A stretch of DNA of 64,000 nucleotides from Gekko japonicus (Eukaryota), in contig NW_015172015.1 of assembly GCF_001447785.1 (NCBI RefSeq), positions 309,418 through 373,417 of the forward strand, read 5' to 3'. Below are positions 20,233-33,629 of the stretch, piece by piece. A model generated the notes under the pieces. That model saw only the letters and a program-made list of their open reading frames with translations, did no database searches and was not told where the DNA came from. Position numbers and translations under genes: made by a program. The stretch's first letter is position 1. Every line of letters begins with the position of its first letter.

Positions 20233-22181
20233 ATCTATACTATGCTGCTACAATCTAATAACTCCAATTTGTTACAATACCAAAAAGCCTGGCATACAGA
20301 TATCCAAAAGGAATTATCGGAATCACAATGGGCTCAAATATGGAGCTCCTCCGCTTACACTTTTAAATGTTATAATATCCAATTATTAATGTTTAAAGTT
20401 ATATCTAGATGGTATTTAACGCCTGCCAAGCTCTCTTGTGTTACTCCTACTATATCATCAGCATGTTGGAAACAATGTGAATAAATGTTTCTGCATAGCT
20501 GGTGGGAATGTAAAGAATTAACAAATACTGGACTCAAATACTGACATGCATTAAAGATTATACAGAATATGACATACCAAAAACATCAGAAGCAGTTCTT
20601 CTTAACTTGTAGGATATCCTGAGAATCCCTAGGGAACGTAAAGAACTACTCCTGATAATGGTGACTGTTGCAAAGAATCTTCTCGCCTTACAATTAAAAA
20701 ACCAAACACATCCCTACCTTACAACAGTGGATTAACAAATTCAAAGAATATTGGTATTCTTGATAAGATTTCAGATTGTATTGCAAGAACTGCGAACAAC
20801 CAGACTCAGACCGACCTGTTAGAAAAATGGTCTCTGATATTAAACGAACTGTGGTCAGGGTTCCCGAAATATGCATTAGTAGTATAAAATGTTTAACCTC
20901 TCCTACTAGATTTTATTAACTCTAGGCATTTATATAGGTCAATTCGAGGGTGTTAATTCTTGTATTCTATGGTATATAACTAACAAAAACAACCAAATAC
21001 TCTATACTCAATACTACGAAGTGCTGTGTTGACATGTAAACTGATAAAAACGTGCATGTATGTTTCAGCACCTGAGTATGATGCTTTATATGCTTTGTAC
21101 CTTTGCAATATATCTTTCAGTAAAATGCTATTAAAAAAATCTTATCTGCCATCAGTGTTTCATTTCTTCTTGACAGTTTGCTTCCTAGAAAAATAAACTT
21201 CCAAGATTATAATCCATTGTTGACCACACGACTGGATAAGAGGTGGATCTACAAAGACGTGCTGTTCTATTAATTATTTTGATTGGTGGACAAAAATATC
21301 TGAAGATCACCCTCCCAGGCTTTCTTTCAGCTATGAGTTAACCATTAATTTTGTGATGTTGATGATTTAATGTAGAAAGCCTTTGGCTCTTTAACTGATG
21401 CATTTTGTTTTTCCTGTTTTGACGAAGCATTTGTATGATTGAGATGTCATCATCTAACCTAAACTTCGACACAGATGCTTTTGTTTAAGTGCAATGTTTT
21501 ACTTTAATCACATAAGTGTTGAGTTTGGGATAAAGTCTTTCACTGGGATAAAATGTTGCATTTTTTCTGTAGTTTTCTCCATAGCTCTAACCTTTTCCCC
21601 AGGGTTAGCTCCTATGCACTAGAATGTACTGCCACCTTTCCCATTTCTTTGACCTCTCCTTCCTCTTATCCCTCTTATTTTCTCTTGCCTTCAGTTTGCT
21701 CCTGTAGAACGATGGAACACATGGGCCTATTTCTTTCTTCCTCCAATCTTCTTGTTCTTTCTTTCTCCACTTCTGTTTTTCAAGGAAAATAAGCCAGAGT
21801 GATTTTGCCTATAGCTCTTCTCTTCTTTGCAAAAACTGAGGGAATTCATGTGAGGGAAAGTTGCATGTGCAGAGCTGCTTGAGCCCCTCAGTGATTTGAG
21901 TGTGAATGCTGTTCTGCTGCAGGTGTGGTAGAGAACATTCTGCTCTTTTCCTGATACAATACTCAGTCCTGGCAACTGAGATACTGGAAATTTGAGCCTT
22001 TGCCTGTTAGCCATTTTTCCTTGAGATGCAGCAGGTATGTGGAGATGTCACAGAGTATAATTCTGTGATAACAACACTACTGAAGAGACAAGTTAAGATG
22101 CAGACTTGGTAAAGAAAATACGACTTGAAAATTAAGGAAGAAAATTATTTGGAAGTGTGATAAGGATTCCAAGAAGAGATG

Positions 22182-22693
22182 GGCCCCGGTCACACGGAGC
22201 ATTAGGCACGCTAGAGAGATGGAAAATAGGTGGATTTTCCGGGCGCGATCTCACTGCCACATCTGGGAAGCGTAGAGCTCCTGTGGCGCACCTGAGGCTT
22301 CCCACCGAAGATGCGGGGTAAAAAACTAGTACCTCGGAGGTACTAGTTTCTGGAAACTGCAGTGCAAAGGCGGGCATCTGATCACGTTTCCGGTGGTAGT
22401 TCCGGCGCCCGCCCATGTCCCCTCGCAAAAAGGTTTTTTCTCCCCCAAGTCTCCACGGATGCGCACAAGCACCCAATGGAGCATGCGCACATTTCAGTTT
22501 TAAAAACAAAACACAACCCCGTTTGCCGCGCCGCTCCGCTTCTTTGCCGCGTGTGTGATCGGCACCTCCCCCCAACCACGGGAGCGCGATGGGACCTCAA
22601 CCCGAAGCCTGATCGCGCAGTCGCGCGTTAGTTTGCTCCAGGGAAACAGCCATGCCCCCCCCCCCGCATTTTCCTGCCCGTGTGGCCGAGGCC
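22182..22693. mobile_element. CpG-rich MITE, PIF/Harbinger-like TIRs
   Basis: ggccccggtcacacgg at left versus ccgtgtggccgaggcc at right (14/16 inverted match); TSD not clear. Confidence 0.55.
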
Positions 22694-23752
22694 GTTATTG
22701 TGTTTGTAATTGGATTTATAACTTCAGTAATAGAAGCATGTGATACACAGATGTTATGTTATGCCAGGTGGCATGCCTGTGGCATGGCTGTCAAAAGTGG
22801 CCCAGGCAGTGGGGGCTTATGAACATTCCTAGAGATGGACAGGAGTGCCCGTGGGCCTGGTTGTGGCCTGTACTGCTGCTCCATGGTTCAGTTAGCAAGA
22901 GGTTACACTGCTCCGAGATTAGTTTAATATTGGCCATAGCTTTAAGTGTTGAAATATTTTTGTGTGTCATTTTTATTGTGTGTGTTTTGTGAGCTGCCTT
23001 GTCATTTTGGTTCAGGTTGGAAGTTGGGATGTAAAGTGAATAAATAAATAACTTGGGGTGCATGTGCAACTTTTCTTTAAAAAGGTGCTTTGTGCGTCAG
23101 TGTAAGGAAAAGCAGTTAACTGATATAGACATATTCTTGAGATTACTGTGGCATCTTCTGCTGTGCTATTTGAATAGCTTTGTGACAATATTGCTTTTAA
23201 CTTGCTGGAAGCAGGGAATAGTAGAGGGATATTAATTGTATTTCTGCTGTGCTTTTCTGGGGCATAGCACTGAGACTCTTTAAAGAGATTGCTTGATCTC
23301 TTTTGTTTCATTGGGGGGCTTTTAACCTGGGTCTGCGTGTGTGTGGCCTGTAGAACATGACCTTTTAGAGGCTGCTGCAAGCTGAGCCAGGCTGGGTCAA
23401 GCTTGTATATTCTAATTATTGTTGTGCTCTAAAATTATTTCCTTGATGTTGCTTGATGTAGTTGATCTACTATGATGATTTTTCTGAAGCAAAATAATGG
23501 AAAATATGTGGTAGCTGGCTCAGGCTTAGAAAGAAAATAGTGATTAGCATATTAAGGGTCAGCATTGATAGATGCAGGCTGGACTTGGAACACCTTCAGC
23601 TAAGGGATATTTGTACTGGGCTAGGGTGGACTGGGAAAACTTGCAGAATATATATTGGATTTGGGTTAATAGTCTGCTTTTTCAGTGGACTTGAAGCCAG
23701 AACAGTGTTTTGTTTTTAAACGGTGCTCCTTTGCTTTTTGCTTCTGTTTCAG

Positions 23753-23810
23753 ACAATATGTGGAGCAATACTGTGAAAACTCCCCTGTCTGTATTTACAT
23801 GCGAGATGAG
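23753..23810 (+). CDS. ASPSCR1: ASPSCR1 (TUG) internal exon: QYVEQYCENSPVCIYMRDE
   Basis: ttcag acceptor, GTAAGT donor; resembles human TUG TPVCVYTRDE. Confidence 0.88.
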
Positions 23811-24969
23811 GTAAGTCAACAAACCCTCTTCTCAGCCATCTCCCTTCATCTGCCACTGAAAATAACAGGGTATACCCAGTGCAGATTTCCAGCCTGGAAA
23901 ATTTGTTCCTTCTCTGAGCTCACTGGAGAGGGGAAATGGAAGAGCTTTGGTCTCTTCAAAGCTTGATGTGTTTGTAATGGGGGGAGGAAAACAAACCTCT
24001 GCTGGAACATAATCATGGGTAGCTCAGCACAAGCCTCTGAGCCCATAAAACATTTTCAATGACCTGTTTGTATGTTTTTTTCAAATTCTTTTAAAGCCCA
24101 AGAGTCACAACAGAGGTTTCATTTTAATAAATATTTGATTTTTCCATGTTTTGATCTCTGCTGCTTTTATGTTTTTGTTTAATATTTTTACGTCAGTATT
24201 TTGGAGTTTGCCCCCAAATAAATGCCAGCTTTCCCTTGTATTTCTTACTGGGCTTTGGGCAGATCACTCTAATGCTGAGGCCACAAGATAGTGGGTAATG
24301 GTTCTGCAATTTTTTGCTGGGTGGCTAGGTTTTTTCTTTCCACTCTCTTGTTTTTAACTCCTTTGGTGGAAATTGTCCCCCACAATCATACACAATTAAG
24401 TACATTTGAATTACTTAATCCTACAGAAAACATGAACATGTGAGGAGCCCTGAGATCTTTGAGTATCATTGCTAGTTAGAGTAGGAAGTATTGTGTTAAG
24501 TGACTAACCATGCCATCCTAAGCAGAGTTACACCCTGTACATTGAAGTCATCAATATATCTAATTCTTAACATGGCCGAATCTGTGGATACTTAAATACA
24601 GAGATTGGGGCCAAGAATGGACAAGGCAGACCTTTCTACAAATCTGAACAATGCCTGAGCTTTGCAGAAAAATCTGATTTTTTTTTAAAAAGGATTAACC
24701 TGCCAAAGAAGCTGTGCCCGTAGCTTTAAAAAATGAATGCCTTCAGTTGCCATTGCTAGGTAATCACAACAGTTTTGCCAGCATTCAAGCTTTGTTTTCT
24801 GTAAGAAAAAGGTGTGGGGGGGGGCAGGGCACTTTCCAGGGCTGTTTTAGCCTTTGCGGGAGGACTCATAGGCTTGGCAACAACCACCAGGTGATGTGCT
24901 ATCATACAACTTGCATGACTGTTCCAGGCCCGGCTGCTTGCTGCTGCTCAACAGCAACCACCCCATGCA

Positions 24970-25210
24970 AGCCAGTGTGGTGTAGCGGTTAGAGTTTTAG
25001 TCTAGGATCTGGGAGGGAGGTCCATGTTCACATCACCACTCTGCCATGGAAGCTTACTAGGTGACCTTGAGCTAGTTACATATTTTCAGGCTAACTTACC
25101 TCACAGTGTTGTTGTGAAGATAAAATGAAGGAAAAGAGAATGATATAAGCTGCTTTGGGCCCCCTTTGTGGAGAAAGGTAAGGTAAAAATGAAATAAATA
25201 AATAATAAAT
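24970..25210 (+). mobile_element. Squam3/MIR-like tRNA SINE, older copy
   Basis: gccagtgtggtgtagcggttagag head, core cctcacagtgttgttgtgaagataaaatg, (TAAA)n tail. Confidence 0.7.
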
Positions 25211-25685
25211 GTAGGTGAAGGTGAGGGGCAAATGAAAGGTAAGTTGATGGATGGTTGGGAACAAGAAAAGGGGAGTCTTTGGGGATTGCCAGGGTGGAAG
25301 AAAAAAGGAAATAGTGTGGGGGAGAGGGGATATAGGGGAAAATGAGGGCTATCTCACAAGTCCTTGCAGGTTCCCCACTCTGCAACTGGGCCTGGCCTGG
25401 TGACTGGCACTGCACTACTGGGTCACAGTTTTCCCAGGCAGAGGCTGCCAGGAAGAGGGAAGGAGAGAAAGCTGAAGAAAATGGGGCAGACAATGGTAGG
25501 TTTGCTGGTGGGTGGGAAGGAGAGAAGAAAGAAGGGAAAGGGGGAAAGGCTATGGGAATTTTCATGGAAGGCAAAGACATACTTGAGGGTACATGAGGGT
25601 AAGTTTCTAATTATTCCTTGGTGTCATTTTTCAGCATGGGGCCTCTTCAGAACTGATAAACAGTATCTGCTTCCATCTTTTGCAG

Positions 25686-25759
25686 GTGACTGGACAAACT
25701 GCTCTAGAGAAGACAACTCTGAAGTCACTTGGTCTGACGGGGGGCAGTGCTATCATCAG
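25686..25759 (+). CDS. ASPSCR1: ASPSCR1 exon: VTGQTALEKTTLKSLGLTGGSAIIR
   Basis: tgcag acceptor, GT donor, phase 0 to 2; matches human TTLQSLGLTGGSATIR. Confidence 0.93.
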
Positions 25760-27711
25760 GTTGGCGGAAATCACAGCTTTTCCCTATGAATGAACTCTTT
25801 TTTCCTCTGTTTTTCACATGGGATAGGTAGTTTTGTTTCACTTTTGAGAAGTGGGGGGGAAAGCATATAAGGAAATGTCCAAATATCAACATTTCTAGTG
25901 CTTAGTGATTATTTGTTGTTTATCTGAAGCTACTTCTTGTATGCACTTACTTCAGGCACTGGCTCTGACCCCTCAATGCTGCTGGAAGGAATTTGTGCAC
26001 AAAACCTGCCATTACATTGTCTTCATTTCTAGCAGCATAGACAGCTGTGTTTTGCACTAATTCTTGCTGTGCTGATCCTTGTATACATTAGGACAGTGGT
26101 TTTGAGACTGCGGGTTGGGACCCAGAACTGGATCATAACTCTTTGGCAGCTGGGTCATAAGGTCAGGAGGGAGGAATAATGGGATATGCTGGAGGAGGAG
26201 GCCCTTTGAGGCTTGATAAGTAATTTTGGTTTGCCTCTGCATAGTGTATGTGACACAGCCTGTTGTTCAGTAATGCTATATGTCTATAAATACTAAATAT
26301 GTAAATGTGTTCAGTGTTAACTGCTGTGAGAATCCTGCATTTTGTATTGGGGAGGGGGGAGGTAGTGTGGAGTTATATTGGAAGTGAGTCCCAACAAATA
26401 TAGTCATCCAGCCATCTGTGAATGTTTGTGGAGTGAGACCTCCCCCCCCTCCCCGTAGTTTCTTGCGCTTCCTGAAATGTTGCTGTTGGGAGGCAGCAGA
26501 CGCGCTCAGAAACAGCATGGGAAGCAAAGCAACTACTTGCGGGGGGGGGGGGAATGGTCTACAGAAGTTGCCACAATTTTCCCACAAATATGCCATTTTG
26601 TTGGAGGCACCGTTGAATATGTGTAAGCTTAAAAGTAGTTTACACTTCAAAAAGTTTGAGAACCACTGCATGAAGTGAATTCCTTTTACTAAATGCTGTT
26701 CTCCATACCTTGAGAATCAGCAGAATGCCTTAAATAAACTAAACAGATATTCATATTCTCTTCTTTACTGAGTGTGCTTGGTAAAGCTGTTGGGGCAGGG
26801 CATACTCTGTAGTGGCACACACTTTGTAGTGTTTTTCTCCTGACTCTTGTCCTTTCACTAACAGATATAAACCTTGTTTTTTTGTCATGCTGATGTGTGG
26901 TCCTTAATTTTTTGTTTTGTTTTGCTTGGAGCTGATTTTGTTTATTTTGACTTTTACTGACTTTTTAAAATCTTGGTTGTAGCTCTTAAGGTTATATCTT
27001 TCAACTGTTTATCAACATGGATGGCCTTTTATGATTTTTTTCTATTTTCTTTGTTGAAATTGCTTCAGAAGTCCTTTGATCATATAAGTACTTGGAATAA
27101 ATAAATACTTTCTCAAGCATGCTACTTAAATCCCTGACTAGATGTTTTAGCCTTTTTCTTTCACACACACTTTACTTCAGGATATCTCTCCTCACATGTT
27201 GTTGCTCTTTTTTTGTGATCCCTCTGAGAGTTGCTTCACATGTTACCTGAAAAGATTGGTTTCTGCTTTCTGAGTTTTTTAACCGTATGTTTTCTGTAAT
27301 GTCTGAAGGAAACAGAAATAGTTTCTTCCCTGTGTGTTTATGTGTATGTCTCCTGTTCATATAGTTGTACAGAAATGGTTTACACATTGGGGAATGATGG
27401 AAGACCTGTCTTTTCCTATGAAATAATCCTGGATTATGGCCTGAGAAAAACTACCTTCTATTAACAGATGCTTGCCCTGTTTTCATGGACCAAAAATTAG
27501 AGTCCTTAGGTCAAGACACCACTTTAGTTAATATAAAGGGTAGCACCTGTTTTTATTAATCAGTTGTGTGGAATACAACGTGCTCAGATTTGTTTGTAAC
27601 TCTTTGAAGGCATTATTTAATTTGTTTTCATTGAGCAGTTTGAGTTAGGGATGAAGTAAACATTTTCAGTGTCAGCAATGATTTCATTCTTCCTTGTATG
27701 TCTTTTTGTAG

Positions 27712-27818
27712 GGTAATCTCAAAGAAATCTACCCTCTGTGGCCATGCAGAAGCTAGGAATCATGGATCTCCCACTAAAGAGCTAATACCAAGGGCAGCTT
27801 CCAGGGAAGAACCAGAGG
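27712..27818 (+). CDS. ASPSCR1: ASPSCR1 exon (5' part of the large central exon): VISKKSTLCG...EEPE
   Basis: ttttgtag acceptor in phase 2; GTATGT donor at 27819 in phase 1 matches the next acceptor; weak protein similarity. Confidence 0.6.
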
Positions 27819-27984
27819 GTATGTCCCTGTTTTATACAAAAGTACATTCCCGACAAGCTTGGCCTGCGGTGATGAGACCTTCTCTGCCACCAGATGCATT
27901 GATAAGCAGGGCTGCAATAAAGGACAGCTCAGTCGAGCTTTTCTCCCTCAGAGCCTATACCTTCCTCATTTATTACTTTTATAG

Positions 27985-28145
27985 GCAGTGAACAGCATCT
28001 GGGCAGAAGTATTCCTGAACCTGTGACGCCTCCAGTGTCAGATGTGCCATTATCAAACCTAACAACGTTTCTGTCCAGTCCTGGTGGGCCCTCCAAGCCA
28101 AAGAAGTCAAAGAACAGCCAAGAAAAACTAAAGGTGCAAAAAAAG
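27985..28145 (+). CDS. ASPSCR1: ASPSCR1 exon (3' part of the large central exon): SEQHLG...SSPGGPSKPKKSK
   Basis: LSSPGGPSKPKKSK is identical to human TUG as I recall it; ttttatag acceptor; donor at 28146 (an in-phase alternative exists at 28134). Confidence 0.8.
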
Positions 28146-31100
28146 GTAGTGGTTTGACTTGCTTAGAGTATACCGGGTTGGAGCGATATTGCTATTTTTC
28201 TGTTGCTACTTCGTCTTCTCCAAATGGGCTCTTCTAACTACTTTGGCTCTGCAAGACTAGTGTCACTGCAAAACTTTCCCCAGCTAAGCCTTGCTTAGGC
28301 TGTCCTCCAGAAGTAGGAAATAGGGCTCTTCTGTCCCCCAAGGTAAACCTTGTCCTTGGTTCATCTGGCTTTGCTTCCCTCTCCATCTGACATCTAGTGG
28401 AATTTCTGAGGTCTTTGTTTCTGAGCTGAACAACGCATATAACTAAAGATTTTTTAAAAACATAAGCGTTTAGTAAAAGAAAGACATCTGGGAATTCTAG
28501 ACCAAGCTTATAGGGACAACAAGCACCAGTAGACATAGCTCCTTGGTTGTACCCAATATCTGTTCAGGAATGTAACAGTCCATTCTCCTGAAAAGCTCAT
28601 AGTAGAAATAGAAAATACTTTCCTAGTCAAATGATCCGTATTCATTTGTACTCAGAAATGGCTTGTCTTTTGTGGTCTCTGGAGTTTAATACCACCCAAC
28701 TATAACCCATTTTGAATGAACAAAACTTTTGTCACTGAACCAGGTGAAACAGTTCACTGTGGATACTGCTTGCCTGGTTCTATAGGAGAGGGGAGAGACC
28801 ACTTAATTCTGAAGGATATAGGTAAAGTGGTAGCTAATTGTCACTGATTTTATTCAGTTCTTATCCTAGATTGAGGCCCACCCTAGCTTTTTTTGCATAG
28901 TTTTGTTTATAGCTATGGAAACCTGTTGTTGCCTAGAGAAAAAGGTCCTTTCCCTGCCAAAATTATAGCTCACTTAAGAGATGCCCCTGGACTCTGCCTT
29001 CCCAGAGCTAGTGGAGAACAGTCTTGGGAACAGCTGCAGGTTCTGTTGGAGGTTTCCCTCCCTTATGTTAAACAGCATGTGACCTTGACTGCTGCTTTCA
29101 GGCTTTTTGATCTCGGGTGCCTTTGCCACTGATTGATTACATTGCACTCCCTCCTCCATTCTTTCCATTCCCTCTCCTTGCTCTCATCAGCAGCTCCAGG
29201 ATGGGGCTGGCCACATGGCATCTGCTTTTTGTCCCTTTTCAGTCCAGAGGAGGAAGAAAAAAAACCCAAAACAAAACAAATTATTTTTAAACATCAAAGG
29301 TCCATTTTTGCAAAAGAATCTTCCCATTAATGTTGTGCTTGTGTGTGGTTTTGGATTTGATGGAAGAGGCTGGATAAAATCTGTGCCAGCATCCGTCTAC
29401 TTCTAGGCTGGGGATGGTTTACAGACTAGTCATGTTTTGGCTTTGATGTCAAAACATTAATTATTAGAAGGTAGCTTTACTTCAAATTCCCCTAGAAATC
29501 AGAGAATTGTGCAGCAAGGAAGAAGCTCAGCCCCTTGCTGTAAAGTCACAGCATGCTGTACCTACAGTCATTTGACACAGTGATACTTAGGCATATAATA
29601 GGTAGCACTGAGTGGCATAGTTACAGTATGCCCCATGGAGAGCCTATAATCTGTTGGTGACAGATCTCTCAGAGGTTCATTTTAGGCATCAAAACTAAAG
29701 AGGATGGAAGATGACTACTAATTTCACATTTATCCTCTCCTCAAGTGTTTTTTGCGATGGATCACAGAATAAAAGAACCATGGTCACACCCTGCACGTGT
29801 TGCCTCTTAAGTGGTTCTTGTCCTCCTTCTCTGAAGGCTGTGATTGGATCATGGGACATCTGTCATGACTGGATGATACTGTAGTGAGAAATGCAGCTCT
29901 ATTAGCCCATTAGTTCCAGCTCCACATCCAAAGCTGATAGCTGACCTGGTAAATGACATACTATTGTGAGGCTGCTAGAAAGGCTTGGTATGTAAGAGGT
30001 CCTGTTCCTTTTGTCTCAGGTTTTTGGCAGCCATCCCTAGCCACACTAGAAGTTGCCAGTATCCTGCATTTGTTTAATATTCTGTAGAGAGGAATGTGTT
30101 GTATTGTTTTTGTCCTCAAGTCAATTACTTGTTTCTAGACATAGCCCTTCTGGGATATGCTTCAATTATTCACCAGTCAATGCTGTTGAGAGAAGAGCTG
30201 CAAGTTGACCGCTCTGAGTTTGGGAGTATTTCATATCAAACTAGTTGCACAACTGAATGGAAAAGACCGTAACATTCTGAAATCTATCTAGACTTCATTT
30301 TGTGCTCTCCATGGCAAGTGACATTGGAACATTGGAGAACTCAGTGCTTATTGTCTCTTTAGTGAAGATATAGTACATCAAAGCCAAGCCCAACTAAATA
30401 TGCAGTAGAATAGAATCTGAATTGAGAGTGCAGGAATATGGCACTTGCCTGTGGAGTTTGTATTTTACTATCTAATCATGTCCTCCATAATGAACATTTA
30501 CTTAATGTTTCTCTGTGTGTCCTCTTTGTCCCTCTGTGAGAGATTCAGCTGTAGAAGTAATGGTACTAGATGTTTTAGTTCATTGTTCTTAGAATAAAAT
30601 GCAGATGTGCTGGTAGGATATTAACTGATGGCTCAGTTCTAGATTCTTTCTTTCCATGCTCATATAGAACTCCAGAATATGGTGTGGGATTCATCTTTTC
30701 CTTCAGATTTTGCTTGAAGGGCTAGTGACATGGTGGAAAAGAGAACAACATGTTCTAAAAGGTGTGCAAGTGATCCCCATCATAGAAAACTTGGCCTAAT
30801 GGCTGGCTAATTTTATCAGAGTTGACTTCTATGACAGTTGAAAATAATTTGTCGGTACCACTAATACCTACTATACTACTCTGTTGGAGGATGACAACCA
30901 AGATTTTGTGATACAGGCAGCTCTCTTCTGGCAGTCTATTTGGAGGAGGAGCCCTAGGCTGTCAGTACAAGACACTCACCCACCCTGTTCTGCTGCTGGT
31001 GCCAGTCTCTAAACAGCCAGAGTTAGGCGACAGGAGTCTTTGGAAGAGGATAGATTGGCAGCTCACGGGTACTCCCTGTACTGTCTGCCCAGGGAAAGCT

Positions 31101-31537
31101 ACAATCAGGCTCCTTCACCCTCTAGTTAGACCCAACTCTCTTCAGCTTTCTAAAAGTAGCTGAGGGTCCCACCCACGCAACCTCCCTCTTTTAACTTTCC
31201 AAATTACCCTTCGGTGCCCACAAATAGAGGAAATCTTGCCTTGTAATTTGTGTTGTCTCTACTGACAATTGAGAGAGACTCCTTCTATTCCCAGAGGGCT
31301 TGTTCAGGGCTGGATGGGGGCTGTTCTGGGGAGAAATGAGAATAAGGTAGGACAGATGATGCTCAGGGATTGAGGGGGTGGGAAGGAATACACAGACAGG
31401 GATGTGCTAGAGACATCAGGGCGTGGGAGATACGGGTTATATAAATAAGGAATATTTAAGTTTATAAGTCTGGGGCCAAACCAGGCAAATCATTGATGGT
31501 CAAGGGTGTTGGGTTTAAAGCAGCCTATTAACACTAC

Positions 31538-31764
31538 CTCTGCCAACCTAGCAGTTAGAAAGCAAGAAATTGCAAGTAGATAAATAGGTACTGCTTCGGT
31601 GGGAAGGTAACAGCATTCCATGCACCTTGTCGTTTAGTCATGCTGGCCACATGAACACGGAAACGTCTTTGGACAGCACTGGCTCTTCAGCTCTGAAACA
31701 GAGATGAGCACCGCCCCCTAGAGTCGGATTCGACTAGCCTTTGAGCAAGGGAAACCTTTACCTT
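31538..31764 (+). mobile_element. Sauria SINE, 5'-truncated
   Basis: gcaagtagataaataggtac...gagatgagcaccgccccctagagtcgg...(ACCTTT)n tail; 12-bp TSD tattaacactac. Confidence 0.88.
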
Positions 31765-32626
31765 TATTAACACTACAGACCAAGTGGTGGTGTTGCTTTT
31801 TAACTTCGGATTCATTTGCTGTACAGCACCTAATCTAACCTCACAGAACCAATGCACCCTCACTGCTGTCATAAGCAAGTTTTATACACAAACGGAATGG
31901 AAACTTTGAGACACCAGTTAAAATATAATTCCGTGTATAGCTCAATATAGATTGGATGCTGTTCTGCTATAAAACCTCTGTGAATAACTTGTCAGCACTG
32001 GATGTGCCCGAACTGGTCTTTTACTCTTGCCTGGCATTTCCATATGAGGATTTTCAAAAGCTTCCAGTCTCCATGAATCTGAGGTTTTTCATCACAAGTC
32101 CAAATATTTTCATGTCTATACATCTGCTAGGCATCATTTCCAGTAGATATAGTGAGGAATGACCAGTAACTTGCAGAGCTGTTAAAGAAGAGATTCAGAA
32201 GTTTAGCAGGGTATATTCTAGGTCATCTCAGTTATGCACACTTTGGGGCCTGGGTCACTTGTTTAAAAGTACCCCCCTTCAGTATCTTCCTGCATGCGCA
32301 AAAGGTGTCACAAATAGGGGTGTGACAGTGTTATACATCTAAGGAGGTTTTTGTATGGCATATTCAAACATGAATTCTGAATTGGTACAATTCCACAAAG
32401 GCTGTGCCACATAAAACTCTTGGAAAAATTTATAGTAGTTCTTAAAGCATTGCACTAGGTCAAGGCATGTGTAGAACAGGCAAGCCTATATACAGTTAAA
32501 TGAGCAGATCCTTTTGTGGATAATTTAATAGGCTTTGCATGTACAAAGATCTAGTTCTTTATGCTGTGCTAGTTTTGTGTGTCTTTGGATTCAGTAACTG
32601 TAGCGAGATTTGTGCTTTGTCTGCAG

Positions 32627-32766
32627 AGTTTGGAGCGAGAGGCTGTTGTGTGCCATCCAGATCTCCAGAAGCCATTGGATTCTGGCCTACAAGAGCTTCC
32701 TGATGAATTCTTTGAAGTAACAGTAGATGATGTGAGAAAACGCTTGGCCCAGCTTAGAAGTGAGAG
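32627..32766 (+). CDS. ASPSCR1: ASPSCR1 exon: SLEREAVVCHPDL...ELPDEFFEVTVDDVRKRLAQLRSER
   Basis: ctgcag acceptor, GTCAGT donor; strong match to TUG ELPDEFFELTVDDVRRRLAQL. Confidence 0.95.
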
Positions 32767-32853
32767 GTCAGTTCCTTTTTCATTAGTGGTTGTCAACTAC
32801 AGAGCCTTTAATGGCTTTTCTGATGTAAAGTGAACCACAGTATTGGTCTTTAT

Positions 32854-33318
32854 TAGGGATGGGCATGAGCTGGAAAAATGTTGTTTGTGTTGGTTTGTGG
32901 CCGAACTATGGACCAAACCAGGAGGTTCGTTCACAAACCAAACTGGTTTGTGGCCTTGCAAACCCTGTTGAAAGGGGTCTCAGCCCCTTTAAACAGGGTT
33001 TGCAGAAAACCTGAAAACCAGCTGAGCAACAGGGAGCAGCGGGACTTTAATTTTAATGGGACTGCAGCAGACAGCCTGAAACAGCTGAGCAGTGGGAAGC
33101 GGCTCCCTGCTGCTCAGCTGTTTCTGTGGCTTTCGCGGGGAACAGAAAGCAGGGATTCAAAGGGAGTCCCTTTAAACCACTACTTTCTGATCTATCCAAG
33201 AACTGCCATGAACTGCTTTAAAAGTTTGTGGAAGTTCATGACAGTAGACCCATCATGAACTTTGGTTTGTGAATCATGAACAGGGTTTGCTTTGCGGTTC
33301 AGTTCATGCACATCCCAA
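32854..33318. mobile_element. hAT-like MITE
   Basis: TAGGGATGGGCATGA ... TCATGCACATCCCAA; degenerate 8-bp TSD gtctttat/gtctgcat. Confidence 0.6.
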
Positions 33319-33629
33319 GTCTGCATTGTGCTGGTTTTGGGAGAATCACCTGAACCTGCATACTGAGAAATCTTTGCCTGTCAGTTGTATATAAAGCTTG
33401 CTATGTTCTTGGAGATTTCAGGTCTTGTTTTTAGGTTTCCACTTAAGCAAGCATGCGTGACTGCCTAACACTGAATGTTAATGCTGTCCTGTAAGGGCTG
33501 AGGAATGTAGCTCAAGATGTGAAGTAGAAGCTGTGCAATCCCAAGCATGCTTACTCAAAAATAAGGTTCTCTGAGTTCAATGAGCCTGCCTTTCTCCCCT
33601 ATGTTCTGCCATGACAGCTGTGCTTATCA

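Larger units (their letters stand above)
15548..20870 (+). pseudogene. L1 ORF2 (endonuclease, RT, Cys-rich domain), many stops, interrupted by two MITEs
   Basis: [70 protein letters not shown]...H.WWEC. Confidence 0.9.
12945..21142 (+). mobile_element. Full-length decayed L1 (LINE-1 clade) retrotransposon
   Basis: ORF1 and ORF2 remnants, A-rich tail at 21133-21139, probable TSD tatctgccRtcRg at 12932-12944 and 21143-21155. Confidence 0.88.

Noticed and set aside
30907-31450. Possible solo LTR
   Set aside because: Could not identify a matching CA end or TSD with confidence
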